Shown piece after piece: positions 47,533 to 57,716 of a stretch of DNA of 64,000 bases. The stretch is taken from contig JAIPGC010000001.1 of NCBI GenBank assembly GCA_021736335.1, positions 23,700 through 87,699 on the forward strand, read 5' to 3'. How positions within the stretch are numbered: the first letter of the stretch is position 1; each line of letters starts with the position of its first letter. Under the pieces are notes generated by a model. That model had not been told where the DNA came from, did not search any database, and was given only the letters and a program-made list of their open reading frames with translations. The stretch is from Acholeplasmataceae bacterium. GTDB taxonomy: Bacteria; Bacillota_I; Bacilli_A; Acholeplasmatales; Acholeplasmataceae. The position numbers were made by a program, and so were the translations under genes.

Positions 47533-48438
47533 ATGGACTGGATTGTAAGAGTAGAAAATCTAGTAAAAAGTTATGGTGATGTAAAAGCCGTAAGAGATAT
47601 TTCATTTTCGATAAAAAGAGGTAGCTTGTTTGCATTCTTAGGGCCTAATGGTGCGGGTAAATCGACAACAATTAATATGATGACAACCCTCCTTGATTCT
47701 GATAGTGGAAAAATCTACTTGAATGAGCAAACCGACGATGTTTATTTTAGAAACAAGATAGGTGTTGTTTTTCAAGGCAATGTACTTGATGATTTTTTAA
47801 CAGTTAAAGAAAATTTATTATATAGAGGATCTCTGTATATGAATGATAAACGTGCAGTTAAGGCTAGATATGATGAACTTGTTGAATATCTAAATATGCA
47901 TGATTTTGAAAATCAGAGATTCATTACATTGTCCGGTGGGCAGAAAAGAAGAGCAGAAATTGCTCGAGCACTTTTTTCAAATCCTGAGATTCTACTGCTT
48001 GATGAACCAACAACTGGACTAGATCCTGAAACTAGACAAGTTGTCTGGAAGGTTATAGACGATCTCAAGAAAAAGCATGGATTAACCATCTTTTTGACCA
48101 CGCACTATATGGAAGAAGCTGCGAATGCAGATCACGTAGTGATTATTAACAAAGGTGAGATTGTTGCTCAAGGAACACCTGCATTACTCAAAGATCAATA
48201 CAGCTATGACCGTCTCAAAGTTGTACCATTAAATAAAGATGAATTGATTCAGACTCTTGATTCAATCAAACGCCCATATGAAAAAATAGCAGATCAATAT
48301 ATTGTTGTTGTTGAAGATGCAAAAGAAGCTATCTATCTGATTGATCTTATCAAAGACAACATTAAGCAATTTGAAGTTCTTAAGGGAACCATGGATGATG
48401 TATTTATCAATGTGATTGGTGGTGAGAATCATGTATGA
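47533..48438 (+). CDS. ABC-2 type exporter ATP-binding protein
   Basis: GPNGAGKST, LSGGQ, LLLDEPTTGLD, TTHYMEEA; ATG at 47533 after GGAGG. Confidence 0.92.
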   Translation: MDWIVRVENLVKSYGDVKAVRDISFSIKRGSLFAFLGPNGAGKSTTINMMTTLLDSDSGKIYLNEQTDDVYFRNKIGVVFQGNVLDDFLTVKENLLYRGSLYMNDKRAVKARYDELVEYLNMHDFENQRFITLSGGQKRRAEIARALFSNPEILLLDEPTTGLDPETRQVVWKVIDDLKKKHGLTIFLTTHYMEEAANADHVVIINKGEIVAQGTPALLKDQYSYDRLKVVPLNKDELIQTLDSIKRPYEKIADQYIVVVEDAKEAIYLIDLIKDNIKQFEVLKGTMDDVFINVIGGENHV

Positions 48439-49309
48439 TCTAAATTCTTTAATTCGCAGACACATTCTTAACTTTTTAAGAGACAAATCTGCTGTTTTCT
48501 TTTCATTCTTAAGTGTTATCATTTTAGTTGCTTTGTATTTTCTCTTCATTGGTAGACAATATACAGATGGAGATCTTGCTATGATTGATCCAGATTTAAA
48601 GGTCTATATAACAGCTGGTATCATGATGGGTGGTATTTTGATCATCAACACAGCTTCTCTATCATTAGGTATGATGGGTAATCTTATCAGTGATTTAACA
48701 TATAGAAAATTAGATGGATTTTTAGTAACTCCAGTCAAGAGATACAAAATCATTCTAAGTTACTATATCGCATCAATCATTGTAACTGCAGTTTTATCGC
48801 TGTTTATGTGGCTCTTAACCTATCTTTATGTAGGGATAGCTTCTGGGTATTGGTATACACCTAAGACATTTATCAATACTTCGTTATTGATTATATTCTA
48901 TACATTCATCTCAACTTCACTCATGATCTTTTTAACAACGATGATCAAATCAATTAATGCTTTCGGTGGTCTATCAGGTGTTTTAGGAACTTTTATAGGG
49001 TTTACATCAGGTATTTATATTCCATTGTTTGTTTTGGGTAAATCGATGACATATGTTGCATCATTAATTCCTTTTACACATATGGCGATTGTCCTCAAAG
49101 GTGTATTACTTGAGAAACCTTACGAAATATTAGCACAGACTATACCAGCTGAGACGATGGCAGGAATTAAAATTGCTTTTGGCTCTCAAGAAATCGGTGT
49201 ATTAGGGACTGATGTTTCAATGTGGGTGATCATGCTTGTTGTCATTGCAATGGCATTCATGTTATTATTTTTTGCTTATAGAAAAATGAATAAGAAGATG
49301 GGTAATTAG
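48431..49309 (+). CDS. ABC-2 type exporter permease
   Basis: Six TM helices, F.VTPV.R and GIYIP...IP.TH motifs; overlaps the ATPase stop. Confidence 0.88.
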   Translation: MYDLNSLIRRHILNFLRDKSAVFFSFLSVIILVALYFLFIGRQYTDGDLAMIDPDLKVYITAGIMMGGILIINTASLSLGMMGNLISDLTYRKLDGFLVTPVKRYKIILSYYIASIIVTAVLSLFMWLLTYLYVGIASGYWYTPKTFINTSLLIIFYTFISTSLMIFLTTMIKSINAFGGLSGVLGTFIGFTSGIYIPLFVLGKSMTYVASLIPFTHMAIVLKGVLLEKPYEILAQTIPAETMAGIKIAFGSQEIGVLGTDVSMWVIMLVVIAMAFMLLFFAYRKMNKKMGN

Positions 49310-49409
49310 GTAACAATCAAAGGGTATTGAAATATATATCCTTTTTTATTATCGTTAATGATGGTAGAATATATTTAAATAAAGACGATTGTAAATATGG
49401 AGGAATACT

Positions 49410-50420
49410 ATGAAAATTAGCACATATTTTAAACCAAAAACAATGGTATATACTGGTTCATATGCTCATATAGATACGCAGATTCATCATTGGCAATATG
49501 ATCAAAGTAAAGTTGAGACAATTGATGGGTTTGAAATGGATCTCAATAAAAAACACTATATTCAGGTTGTTGGTTTAGCTCAAGTGGATAAAATTCAAGA
49601 TATTAGAAAACATCTATCCATTGATCCTCTTGTGATGGAAGATATTTTCAATGTCAACCAACGCAATAAGTTTGAACTTAAAGAAGAATACCTATTCGGT
49701 ACATTTTCTTTGTCATATCTTCAAGATGATAAGATTAAAAATGACTATATGAGTATTTTAATGTTTCCTCATGTCATTGTGAGTTTTCATGAAACTCAAC
49801 CAACCTATCTTGAAGATATTCATATGCTATTTGATGAACACAAAGAGTTAAGAGAATTACCTATAGATTATTTATTTTTTCAAATCATGGATATCATCAC
49901 TGACAAACATTTGGAAGTTTATGATAAATTAAATCTGTCTGTTAATCAGTTTGAGGAAGAGTTGCTTGAAACAAAGAGCATTGAACAAGAAGCTTTTTAT
50001 AACATCAGAAAACAAATGCTAGAACTAAAAAACAATGTTTCTCCTATCTACGAGCAATTAGAAAAAGTGTTATCTAAGAAGAGTTCTTTATTTGATACAT
50101 CTACAGCAACATATTTTGAAGATTTAAAGGACCATCTTCAAAGACTTGACAATCGCCTTAATCAAAGTCGTGAAATTACGAGAAACCTTCTTGATTTACA
50201 TATGAACAATCAGTCAACAAAAATGAATAAGATTATGGCGACTCTCACATTGTTTTCAGCAACATTTATCCCACTATCTTTTTTAACAGGTTTCTTTGGG
50301 ATGAATTTCGTTCATTTTGGAATTTTAGGATATCAAAACGCAGTTTTATTGTTTTCAGGCATTTGTGTTGTAATCGCAATTGGTATGGTTGTTTTTTTCA
50401 AAAGGAAAAATTGGTTTTGA
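49410..50420 (+). CDS. corA: CorA Mg2+/Co2+ transporter
   Basis: MN.IM..LT, FIPLSFLTGFFGMNF signature, C-terminal K.W. Confidence 0.93.
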   Translation: MKISTYFKPKTMVYTGSYAHIDTQIHHWQYDQSKVETIDGFEMDLNKKHYIQVVGLAQVDKIQDIRKHLSIDPLVMEDIFNVNQRNKFELKEEYLFGTFSLSYLQDDKIKNDYMSILMFPHVIVSFHETQPTYLEDIHMLFDEHKELRELPIDYLFFQIMDIITDKHLEVYDKLNLSVNQFEEELLETKSIEQEAFYNIRKQMLELKNNVSPIYEQLEKVLSKKSSLFDTSTATYFEDLKDHLQRLDNRLNQSREITRNLLDLHMNNQSTKMNKIMATLTLFSATFIPLSFLTGFFGMNFVHFGILGYQNAVLLFSGICVVIAIGMVVFFKRKNWF

Positions 50421-50447
50421 TAAAAAAATTACATCAAAATGGTAAAT

Positions 50448-50470
50448 ACCCGAGCAATCGGGTTTTTCTT
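50448..50470 (+). terminator. Terminator after corA
   Basis: ACCCGA-GCAA-TCGGGT plus T-tract. Confidence 0.75.
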
Positions 50471-50479
50471 TGCATTTTC

Positions 50480-50534
50480 TTTACATAAGACTTACTGATT
50501 CTTGGTTTCAACAAATCATTAATTTCAATATAAT
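50480..50534 (+). promoter_or_regulatory. Putative Pho box and -10 element of the pst operon
   Basis: TTTACA-N5-CTTACT (50480-50496), 11-bp periodic like the Bacillus PhoP TT(A/C/T)ACA repeat; TATAAT at 50529-50534 with a poor -35. Confidence 0.4.
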
Positions 50535-50567
50535 GTAAGTGTTAATAAGAAAAAAAGGAGAATTTAA

Positions 50568-51503
50568 ATGAAAAAATTAGGATTATCATTCATACTTGCA
50601 GTCGTATTGATGCTATCTGCATGTACAACAAACGAAGAAACTTTTGATACAACAAGCAATATTACGGTTTATACAAGAGATACCACATCAGGTACTCGTG
50701 CTGGTTTTATGAGTACAATTGATTTTGCAGAAGCTGAGACTTCTGATGATGTTTTAGTTGAAGGTTTTGTAATCAAAGATAACACAGGTATTATGACAGC
50801 TATGGCAACAGATGAATTTGGTATTGGTTATGTATCACTTTCAAGTTTAAACGATACAATTAAAGGTTTAAATTTCAATGGTGTTGCACCAACAGTTGCT
50901 AATGTAATCAACAATACATATGGATTAAAGAGACCATTCAATTGGATGGTAAGAGATGCTGGAGATTATTCATCACAAGCAGTTGAAGATTTAGTCAATG
51001 CATTCGTTGCATTCTTAGGTACTACTGATGCTGGTGATATCATTGCTAATAATGGTGCAATTGCTTTACCAAGTACAACCACTTGGGATTCAATCAAAGC
51101 AAACCATCCAATTGTCAATCAAGATAATTCAGCTGTCACAGTCCGTTTTGGTGGATCAGACTCTATCCAAAAGGTTGCTCAAGCTTTAACACAAGCATTT
51201 ACAGCAAAAGCAGGTAATTTCGTAGCTGAACACGATCATACAGGATCAGGTGATGCATATAAGAGAACTCAAGATCCAGCAATCAAAGATACATCAGTTG
51301 GTAAAGATGTTGGATTTGCTTCAAGATATTTCAAAGATTCAGAAAAAGTTGGTGTTGATGCTGCTGATTATGGACAATTAGCATGGGATGCTATCGTTGC
51401 AATCGTACACCTTAATAACCCATTAGAAAATGTTACAGCAGAAGATTTGAAAAAGATTTATGATGGCACTTATATGACTTGGTCAGATCTAATTACCGAA
51501 TAA
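50568..51503 (+). CDS. pstS: Phosphate ABC transporter substrate-binding lipoprotein (circularly permuted arrangement)
   Basis: Lipobox LSAC; RD..SGTR, GIGYVS, Y.L.RPF, GGSDS, GSG, ASR, NP...LT..DL.KIY.G motifs; first gene of the pst operon. Confidence 0.9.
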   Translation: MKKLGLSFILAVVLMLSACTTNEETFDTTSNITVYTRDTTSGTRAGFMSTIDFAEAETSDDVLVEGFVIKDNTGIMTAMATDEFGIGYVSLSSLNDTIKGLNFNGVAPTVANVINNTYGLKRPFNWMVRDAGDYSSQAVEDLVNAFVAFLGTTDAGDIIANNGAIALPSTTTWDSIKANHPIVNQDNSAVTVRFGGSDSIQKVAQALTQAFTAKAGNFVAEHDHTGSGDAYKRTQDPAIKDTSVGKDVGFASRYFKDSEKVGVDAADYGQLAWDAIVAIVHLNNPLENVTAEDLKKIYDGTYMTWSDLITE

Positions 51504-51512
51504 AAATTTAAA

Positions 51513-51547
51513 AGCATAAGTTAAGACCCAAAGGGTCTTTTCTTGCT
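51513..51547 (+). other. Intercistronic hairpin between pstS and pstC (stabiliser or partial terminator)
   Basis: AAGACCC-AAA-GGGTCTT core with outer AGCA/TGCT pairing. Confidence 0.55.
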
Positions 51548-51549
51548 AT

Positions 51550-52521
51550 ATGGAGAATACAACTATGCAATATGCAAAAGGTTTAAAAAAGACGAAATTT
51601 CAAAAAAATGCAGTCATTGATCAAGTGGTTAAAGCTGGTTTATTCGGCTTTGCCCTTTTATCATCTTCATTTATTTTCATTGTTATAGGTGTTATCCTTG
51701 TCAAAGGAACAACACCCTTTTTCACTGATAACAATGGACTAGGTGCAGTTAATATCTTCACCTTTTTAACTGGAGATACATGGCTTACTGGTGCTTCATT
51801 TAATTCTAATTTATACAGCATAGGCTTTATCATTGTGAGCACGATTTTCATCGCATTTCTATCCTTGTTCATATCATTTCCAGTAGGTGTTTTAACAGCA
51901 TTATTCATCGCAAAAGTCGCACCCAAAAGACTTGCTGAAATTTTAAGAACCGTCATTGAAATGCTAGCATCCATTCCTTCGATTATTTATGGATTGTTTG
52001 GTGCCGGTATCATTTTAAAATTCGTTTATAATGCAAGTGCGCTGATTGGGTATCAGTCAAAAGGTGGAAATTCAATCATCGCATCAGTCATTGTTTTGGC
52101 GATTATGACCATACCAACCATTGCATCAATATCTGAAGTTGCTATAAGATCTGTTGATAAAGATTTGGAACATGGATCATTAGCACTTGGTGCAAGTGTG
52201 ACACAAACAAATTTCAAGGTCGTTTTAGCAGCTGCAAAATCAGGAATATTTACATCAGCAATCCTTGGTATTGGTCGTGTCTTAGGGGAAGCGACAGCAG
52301 TATCACTTGTAGCAGGTGGAAGACGATCAGGATACTCATTTGATATTTTAGATACCACGAGTACACTCACAACTATCATGTTAGAAGGATTAAAAGAAAC
52401 AACTGGTCTCGATTATGATATTCGCTTTTCTGTGGGTATTATCTTGATGGTTGTTATCTTAATCACAAACCTCACATTAAATGCGATAAAGAAGAAGGTA
52501 GGTGGCATCGATGTCAAATAA
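51550..52521 (+). CDS. pstC: Phosphate ABC transporter permease PstC
   Basis: [30 protein letters not shown]. Confidence 0.93.
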   Translation: MENTTMQYAKGLKKTKFQKNAVIDQVVKAGLFGFALLSSSFIFIVIGVILVKGTTPFFTDNNGLGAVNIFTFLTGDTWLTGASFNSNLYSIGFIIVSTIFIAFLSLFISFPVGVLTALFIAKVAPKRLAEILRTVIEMLASIPSIIYGLFGAGIILKFVYNASALIGYQSKGGNSIIASVIVLAIMTIPTIASISEVAIRSVDKDLEHGSLALGASVTQTNFKVVLAAAKSGIFTSAILGIGRVLGEATAVSLVAGGRRSGYSFDILDTTSTLTTIMLEGLKETTGLDYDIRFSVGIILMVVILITNLTLNAIKKKVGGIDVK

Positions 52522-53713
52522 GCGCAAATGGAAAGATGGCATTTTGCAGGGTATCACTTATTTTGCATCATTCTTCAGTATTGCTGCACTACTCATGATC
52601 ATAGGATTTGTCTTCTTAAATGGGTTTAAATTACTTAATTGGGATTTGATCACACATAATTATGTAGCAGTAAGTCATATTGCAGACTTAAAAGATGAAG
52701 CTGAAGTCGGTGTTTATGAAGCTACAAAGACACTAGGTGATGATGTCTATTATTCAGTTAAATGGGGATTGGGATTGAGAGATGATATCAATATCCAAGG
52801 TAAAACAGTTGTTATTGTTGATTATGTTCATCCTGATTCACCATTTGTTTTGCTTAATGATAAGGGTGTTGGGGTTGAGGATTTATCGCTTTCTATTGAT
52901 TATGAAATCATAAGAATTGCATTTGAAAATACCTCTTCAGCATTATCAGTTTATGGATCTGAGACGATGATTGATATTTTAGATAGTCAAGATACCTTTA
53001 GGGAACTTGAATATGCAACTACAGGTGGGGGTATTAGAGGATCAATCATTACGACTTTATACTTGATTGCCTTAACACTCGTTATGGCATTGCCTATTGG
53101 TATTGGATCTGCTATTTATTTGAATGAATATGCTCCAAATAATAAATTGACGCGATTGATTCGCTCTTTAATTGAGACATTAACAGGTATTCCTTCAATC
53201 ATCTATGGTTTGATGGGGTTAGCGGTATTTGTACCTTTGACCATCAGGTTAACAGATGCTACAGGTGGAAACATCATATCAGGAGCCATGACTTTGTCAG
53301 TTATCTTATTACCGATTGTTATTAGAACCACAGAGGAAAGTTTGAAAGTTGTTCCTGATGATTATCGATATGCATCATTGGCACTTGGAGCGAGTAAAAC
53401 ACAAACAACCTTTAAGGTCATTCTACCAAATGCTTTTTCTGGAATACTAACAGCAACGATTCTAGCTATTGGAAGAATCATCGGTGAGAGTGCGGCTTTA
53501 GTGTTTGCCATCGGTACAGCAATAAAAGATGAAGTATCCTTAACAGATAAGTCAACATCATTAGCAGTTCACATCTGGGCAATGATGACAGATGAACCTG
53601 CTAATATCGAATTATCTACAACAATAGCGATAATCATTTTGATGATCGTATTAATTTTAAATATCTCAGTTAAATTTTTATCAAGAAGAATGACGAAAAG
53701 GTTCGGTGCATAA
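52511..53713 (+). CDS. pstA: Phosphate ABC transporter permease PstA with a large extracytoplasmic insertion
   Basis: [36 protein letters not shown]; ~120-aa insertion after TM1. Confidence 0.92.
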   Translation: MSNKRKWKDGILQGITYFASFFSIAALLMIIGFVFLNGFKLLNWDLITHNYVAVSHIADLKDEAEVGVYEATKTLGDDVYYSVKWGLGLRDDINIQGKTVVIVDYVHPDSPFVLLNDKGVGVEDLSLSIDYEIIRIAFENTSSALSVYGSETMIDILDSQDTFRELEYATTGGGIRGSIITTLYLIALTLVMALPIGIGSAIYLNEYAPNNKLTRLIRSLIETLTGIPSIIYGLMGLAVFVPLTIRLTDATGGNIISGAMTLSVILLPIVIRTTEESLKVVPDDYRYASLALGASKTQTTFKVILPNAFSGILTATILAIGRIIGESAALVFAIGTAIKDEVSLTDKSTSLAVHIWAMMTDEPANIELSTTIAIIILMIVLILNISVKFLSRRMTKRFGA

Positions 53714-53715
53714 GC

Positions 53716-54486
53716 ATGACAACAATAGAAAATCATATTATATTTGATATCAAAGATTTAAATTTGTTTTATGGCGAAAAAATGGCATTAAAACAAATCA
53801 ATTTAGCAATTCACGAGAAAGAAGTAACAGCATTGATTGGTCCTTCTGGTTGTGGAAAATCAACATTTTTAAGAACTCTAAATAGAATGAACGACTTAAT
53901 TCCAAGTTGTAAAATCGATGGAGATGTACATTATAGTGATGAAAATATATATCGTAATGGTATGGACATCATTGGTTTGAGAAAACGCGTAGGTATGGTG
54001 TTTCAAAAGCCTAATCCTTTTCCTATGAGCATTTATGATAACATTACTTATGGACCTAAATGCCAGGGTATAAAAGACAAAAAAGAATTAAAAGACATTG
54101 TTGAATCTTCATTGAAGCAAGCAGCATTATGGGATGAAGTTAAGGATAGACTGAAAGAGTCTGCTTTATCACTATCAGGTGGTCAACAACAGCGCCTTTG
54201 TATTGCTAGAACGATCGCAATGAAACCTGAGGTGATTCTTATGGATGAACCAACTTCTGCACTTGATCCAGTTGCTACTGCTAAAATCGAAGATTTAGTG
54301 ATAGAATTAAAGAAACAATATACAATTATCATTGTGACACACAATATGCAACAAGCAGCACGAATTTCTGATAAAACAGCATTCTTTCTGATGGGTGAAA
54401 TTATAGAATATGGGGATACCTCACATATATTTTCAACACCAGATCATAAAAAAACTGAAGAGTATATTACCGGAAGATTCGGGTAA
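53716..54486 (+). CDS. pstB: Phosphate ABC transporter ATPase
   Basis: [45 protein letters not shown]. Confidence 0.97.
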   Translation: MTTIENHIIFDIKDLNLFYGEKMALKQINLAIHEKEVTALIGPSGCGKSTFLRTLNRMNDLIPSCKIDGDVHYSDENIYRNGMDIIGLRKRVGMVFQKPNPFPMSIYDNITYGPKCQGIKDKKELKDIVESSLKQAALWDEVKDRLKESALSLSGGQQQRLCIARTIAMKPEVILMDEPTSALDPVATAKIEDLVIELKKQYTIIIVTHNMQQAARISDKTAFFLMGEIIEYGDTSHIFSTPDHKKTEEYITGRFG

Positions 54487-54509
54487 GATGCTATAATGGA
54501 GGTAGCAAA

Positions 54510-55172
54510 ATGACTTTAAGACAATCATTACTTCAATCAATTGAAGAGTTAAAAAAAGAAGTAACAGATATGGCTGATTTAGCCTTAGCAAATTTAAGAG
54601 AAGGATTAACGGCCTTTAAAAATAGTGACCATAAATTGGCTAATGAAGTGATAAGAAAAGACGATGAAGTTGATTCATATGAAGAAGAAATAGCAAAAAT
54701 GGCACTTAAGATCATATGGAAAGAACAACCTGTAGCTAGTGATCTTAGATTGGTAACAGGCATATTGAAGCTTATTACCGATTTGGAACGCATTGGTGAT
54801 CATGCGTGTGATATTGCAGAGATGACATTACATTTAGAAGCAAACAGAAATAAACGTATGTTGCCTCTCACATCAAAAATGGCTGAAATAGTAGAAGATA
54901 TGGTTTTATCAAGTATACAAGCCTTAGTCAAAGTTGATGGAGATCTTGCACGAAAAGTTATAGATAAAGACGATGAAGTAGATGAGTTATTTCAACAGGT
55001 CATCAACAAAATGACTAACGAGTTAAAAAATGAAACAATTGATCCAAATGATGCGATTTATATTTTAATGGTAGGAAAATATTTTGAACGTGTAGGTGAT
55101 CACGCAGTTAATATTGCTCAATGGATTATCTTCATGGTTTCAGGAACACATAAAAATACTTTATTATTTTAG
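54510..55172 (+). CDS. phoU: Phosphate signalling/uptake regulator PhoU
   Basis: QPVASDLR, DLERIGDHA, ERVGDHAVNIA. Confidence 0.95.
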   Translation: MTLRQSLLQSIEELKKEVTDMADLALANLREGLTAFKNSDHKLANEVIRKDDEVDSYEEEIAKMALKIIWKEQPVASDLRLVTGILKLITDLERIGDHACDIAEMTLHLEANRNKRMLPLTSKMAEIVEDMVLSSIQALVKVDGDLARKVIDKDDEVDELFQQVINKMTNELKNETIDPNDAIYILMVGKYFERVGDHAVNIAQWIIFMVSGTHKNTLLF

Positions 55173-55182
55173 GAGATAAGTT

Positions 55183-55845
55183 ATGGCGATAGTTTATTAT
55201 GTCGAAGATGATCAGTCAATAGGATATATCATTGAAAAAACCATTGAGCATGCTGGTTTATCTGGTTACGGTTTTCAAGATGGAGAAGCACTATTAGAAA
55301 AATACAAACATCAAAAACCTGATATGATTTTACTTGATGTCATGCTTCCTGGTATGTCAGGATTAGATGTTTTAAAACAGATTAGAAAACATGATAAAGA
55401 AACTCCTATTATGATGATATCCGCTTTACAAAGCGAAATGGATAAGGTTATTGCACTTGACTTTGGTGCCGATGATTATATGACGAAACCATTTGGTGTT
55501 TTAGAATTGGTATCAAGAATTCAATCTAAACTGAGAAAAAATTATTATGATCAGATCTATCAATTAAATAATTTATCTCTTGATGACAAGAAACATTTAT
55601 GCATGATTAATGACCAAGAGGTTTATTTAACAAATAAAGAGTATTCAATTTTGAAACTGCTTTTAAGAAACAAAAACTCAGTTGTTTCAAAAGAAGCCAT
55701 TTTTAAGGATGTATGGGAAACAGATTTTATTGGCGAAACCAGAACGCTTGATATGCATATCAAATCATTAAGACAAAAATTACAAGCTAAAGAAGCTATT
55801 GCTGATATCAAAACAATTAGAGGTATAGGGTATACAATTGAATGA
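55183..55845 (+). CDS. phoP: OmpR/PhoB-family response regulator
   Basis: VEDD, LLDVMLP, GADDYMTKPF, TRTLDMHIKSLRQKL, TIRGIGY; located in the pst/pho cluster. Confidence 0.88.
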   Translation: MAIVYYVEDDQSIGYIIEKTIEHAGLSGYGFQDGEALLEKYKHQKPDMILLDVMLPGMSGLDVLKQIRKHDKETPIMMISALQSEMDKVIALDFGADDYMTKPFGVLELVSRIQSKLRKNYYDQIYQLNNLSLDDKKHLCMINDQEVYLTNKEYSILKLLLRNKNSVVSKEAIFKDVWETDFIGETRTLDMHIKSLRQKLQAKEAIADIKTIRGIGYTIE

Positions 55846-57539
55846 AGAAAAAACTGATAAGAAATAATATTATCCTTTTAATGACTGCCTTCATTTTGTT
55901 TTTTGTTGTTGTCTTTATTGCACTTTATCAATTTGAAAAAAATAATCAAACACAGTTTATGGCATATATCATCGATGAAGTCGAAATTGCATATGACAAT
56001 CATATTGGTGATCCCATAGATTTTATCAATAGCTACATAAATGAAAACGGAAGACGTATTACTATTCTTGATTCAGATGCAAGAGTGTTAGCAGACACTC
56101 ATGATTCTATTGTAGGAACTGATAAAAGCACAAGACCAGAAATAATAGATTTAGGATCTGTTTATATCAGACATTCAGCTACCATTGATCTTGATATGCT
56201 TTATATTGCCAAATTAATGGATGATGGGAATTATCTAAGAGTCGCAGTACCTTTAGCTGATCAGGCTGTCGCATATAACAGGGTCATATGGATATTGATT
56301 ATTAGTGGATTAGGATTTTTGGGACTATATTATGTTGGTTTACGAGAAGTCAATAAAAACATATTAACTCCATGGCAACAAGTAAAAAAAGGAATGATGT
56401 CACTGCATGAAGGTAAATTTGAGATTTTTTCACTTAACAGCCCATATCCAGAAATCAATGAAATATTGTATGAAATGAATGGTATCAATCTTGAAACTGC
56501 AAAATACTTAAGAACTATAAAAACTTATCAAATGCAGCTCAACGGTATTCTAAACGAAATCAAACAAGGTGTTATTTTATTTGATCATAAAGAAAACATG
56601 ATTTATGCGAATGAAGATGCAAAAATATTGTTTGAATTTGGCGATGATGCACTAAACCAACCAGCATATTATGCTATAAGAGAACCATTAATCAAAGAAG
56701 CTATAACACAAGCAAATGTTCATAGAAAATCCTCGGTTTTTGATATTAAGATTCACGGAAAAATCATTGAATCTCGAATCTTTTTTGTATCATCAGATAA
56801 GGATAATCAAAATGAAGCAACCGTCCTTTCACTCTTTAAGGATGTGACACAAGAGCGTTCAATTGAACAGATGAAAAGAGATTTCTTTTCTCATGCATCA
56901 CATGAGCTTAAATCTCCATTAACCGCTATAAGAGGCTATGCAGAGCTTATTGAACATGGTTTGATCAAAGATAAAGAGATACCTAAAACAGCAGAACAAA
57001 TCGTTAAGCAAACAGAAACAATGACTGCTTTAGTTGAGGATATGTTGATGCTATCTAGACTTGAGAATCTGAGTGAAAATTTATTTTCTGATCAAAATTT
57101 AGAGCAGTTACTCAATGATATTATCGAGCAACTTAAACCCATGTATCAACAAAAAAACATTCAGATTGATGTCAAATCTAAAGCTATTCACATGATGTGT
57201 GATGCGCTTGATATGCAAAAATTATTTAAAAATTTGATTGAAAATTCCATTAAATATAGTGAAAATGATAAGAAAATAGAAATCAAGTTATATCAAGAGA
57301 AGGATGCATTCATTTTTGATATCAAAGATCAAGGTATAGGTATTGATTTACAACATCAGCAACGTGTTTTTGAAAGATTCTATCGTATTGATAAAGGTCG
57401 TATTGATGGTGGTACAGGATTAGGTTTGGCAATTGTTAAGCATATTGTTATGAAGTATCATGGTAATATTCGATTAGATTCAGGATTATCAAAAGGTACG
57501 CATATCGTCATATATATCAAATTAGATCAGAAGCAATAA
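55842..57539 (+). CDS. phoR: Phosphate regulon sensor histidine kinase
   Basis: Two TM helices, RPEI, PAS-like region, ASHELKSPL, NLIEN.IKY, D.G.GI, FERFYR, GGTGLGL. Confidence 0.9.
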   Translation: MKKKLIRNNIILLMTAFILFFVVVFIALYQFEKNNQTQFMAYIIDEVEIAYDNHIGDPIDFINSYINENGRRITILDSDARVLADTHDSIVGTDKSTRPEIIDLGSVYIRHSATIDLDMLYIAKLMDDGNYLRVAVPLADQAVAYNRVIWILIISGLGFLGLYYVGLREVNKNILTPWQQVKKGMMSLHEGKFEIFSLNSPYPEINEILYEMNGINLETAKYLRTIKTYQMQLNGILNEIKQGVILFDHKENMIYANEDAKILFEFGDDALNQPAYYAIREPLIKEAITQANVHRKSSVFDIKIHGKIIESRIFFVSSDKDNQNEATVLSLFKDVTQERSIEQMKRDFFSHASHELKSPLTAIRGYAELIEHGLIKDKEIPKTAEQIVKQTETMTALVEDMLMLSRLENLSENLFSDQNLEQLLNDIIEQLKPMYQQKNIQIDVKSKAIHMMCDALDMQKLFKNLIENSIKYSENDKKIEIKLYQEKDAFIFDIKDQGIGIDLQHQQRVFERFYRIDKGRIDGGTGLGLAIVKHIVMKYHGNIRLDSGLSKGTHIVIYIKLDQKQ

Positions 57540-57566
57540 AAAAAGGACGTGTCATCGTCCTTTATC
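57540..57566. terminator. Bidirectional terminator between phoR and tRNA-Trp
   Basis: AAAGGACG-TGTCAT-CGTCCTTT hairpin. Confidence 0.75.
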
Positions 57567-57573
57567 TTTAATA

Positions 57574-57648
57574 TGGCAGGGGTAGAAGGATTCGAACCCT
57601 CACCGACGGTTTTGGAGACCGGTATGCTACCGTTGACACTATACCCCT
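57574..57648 (-). tRNA. tRNA-Trp (anticodon CCA)
   Basis: Reverse complement AGGGGTA TA GTGT CAACGGTA GCAT A CCGGT CTCCAAA ACCGT CGGT GAGGG TTCGAAT CCTTC TACCCCT G CCA. Confidence 0.95.
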
Positions 57649-57661
57649 AAGCGCATTTATA

Positions 57662-57691
57662 AGTATAGCATAAGCCCTCCTTAAATTGCAA
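57662..57691 (-). promoter_or_regulatory. Promoter of tRNA-Trp
   Basis: Minus strand TTGCAA, 18-bp spacer, TGn-TATACT. Confidence 0.55.
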
Positions 57692-57716
57692 TCCAAAAAG
57701 AAAAAAAGGATGGAAT

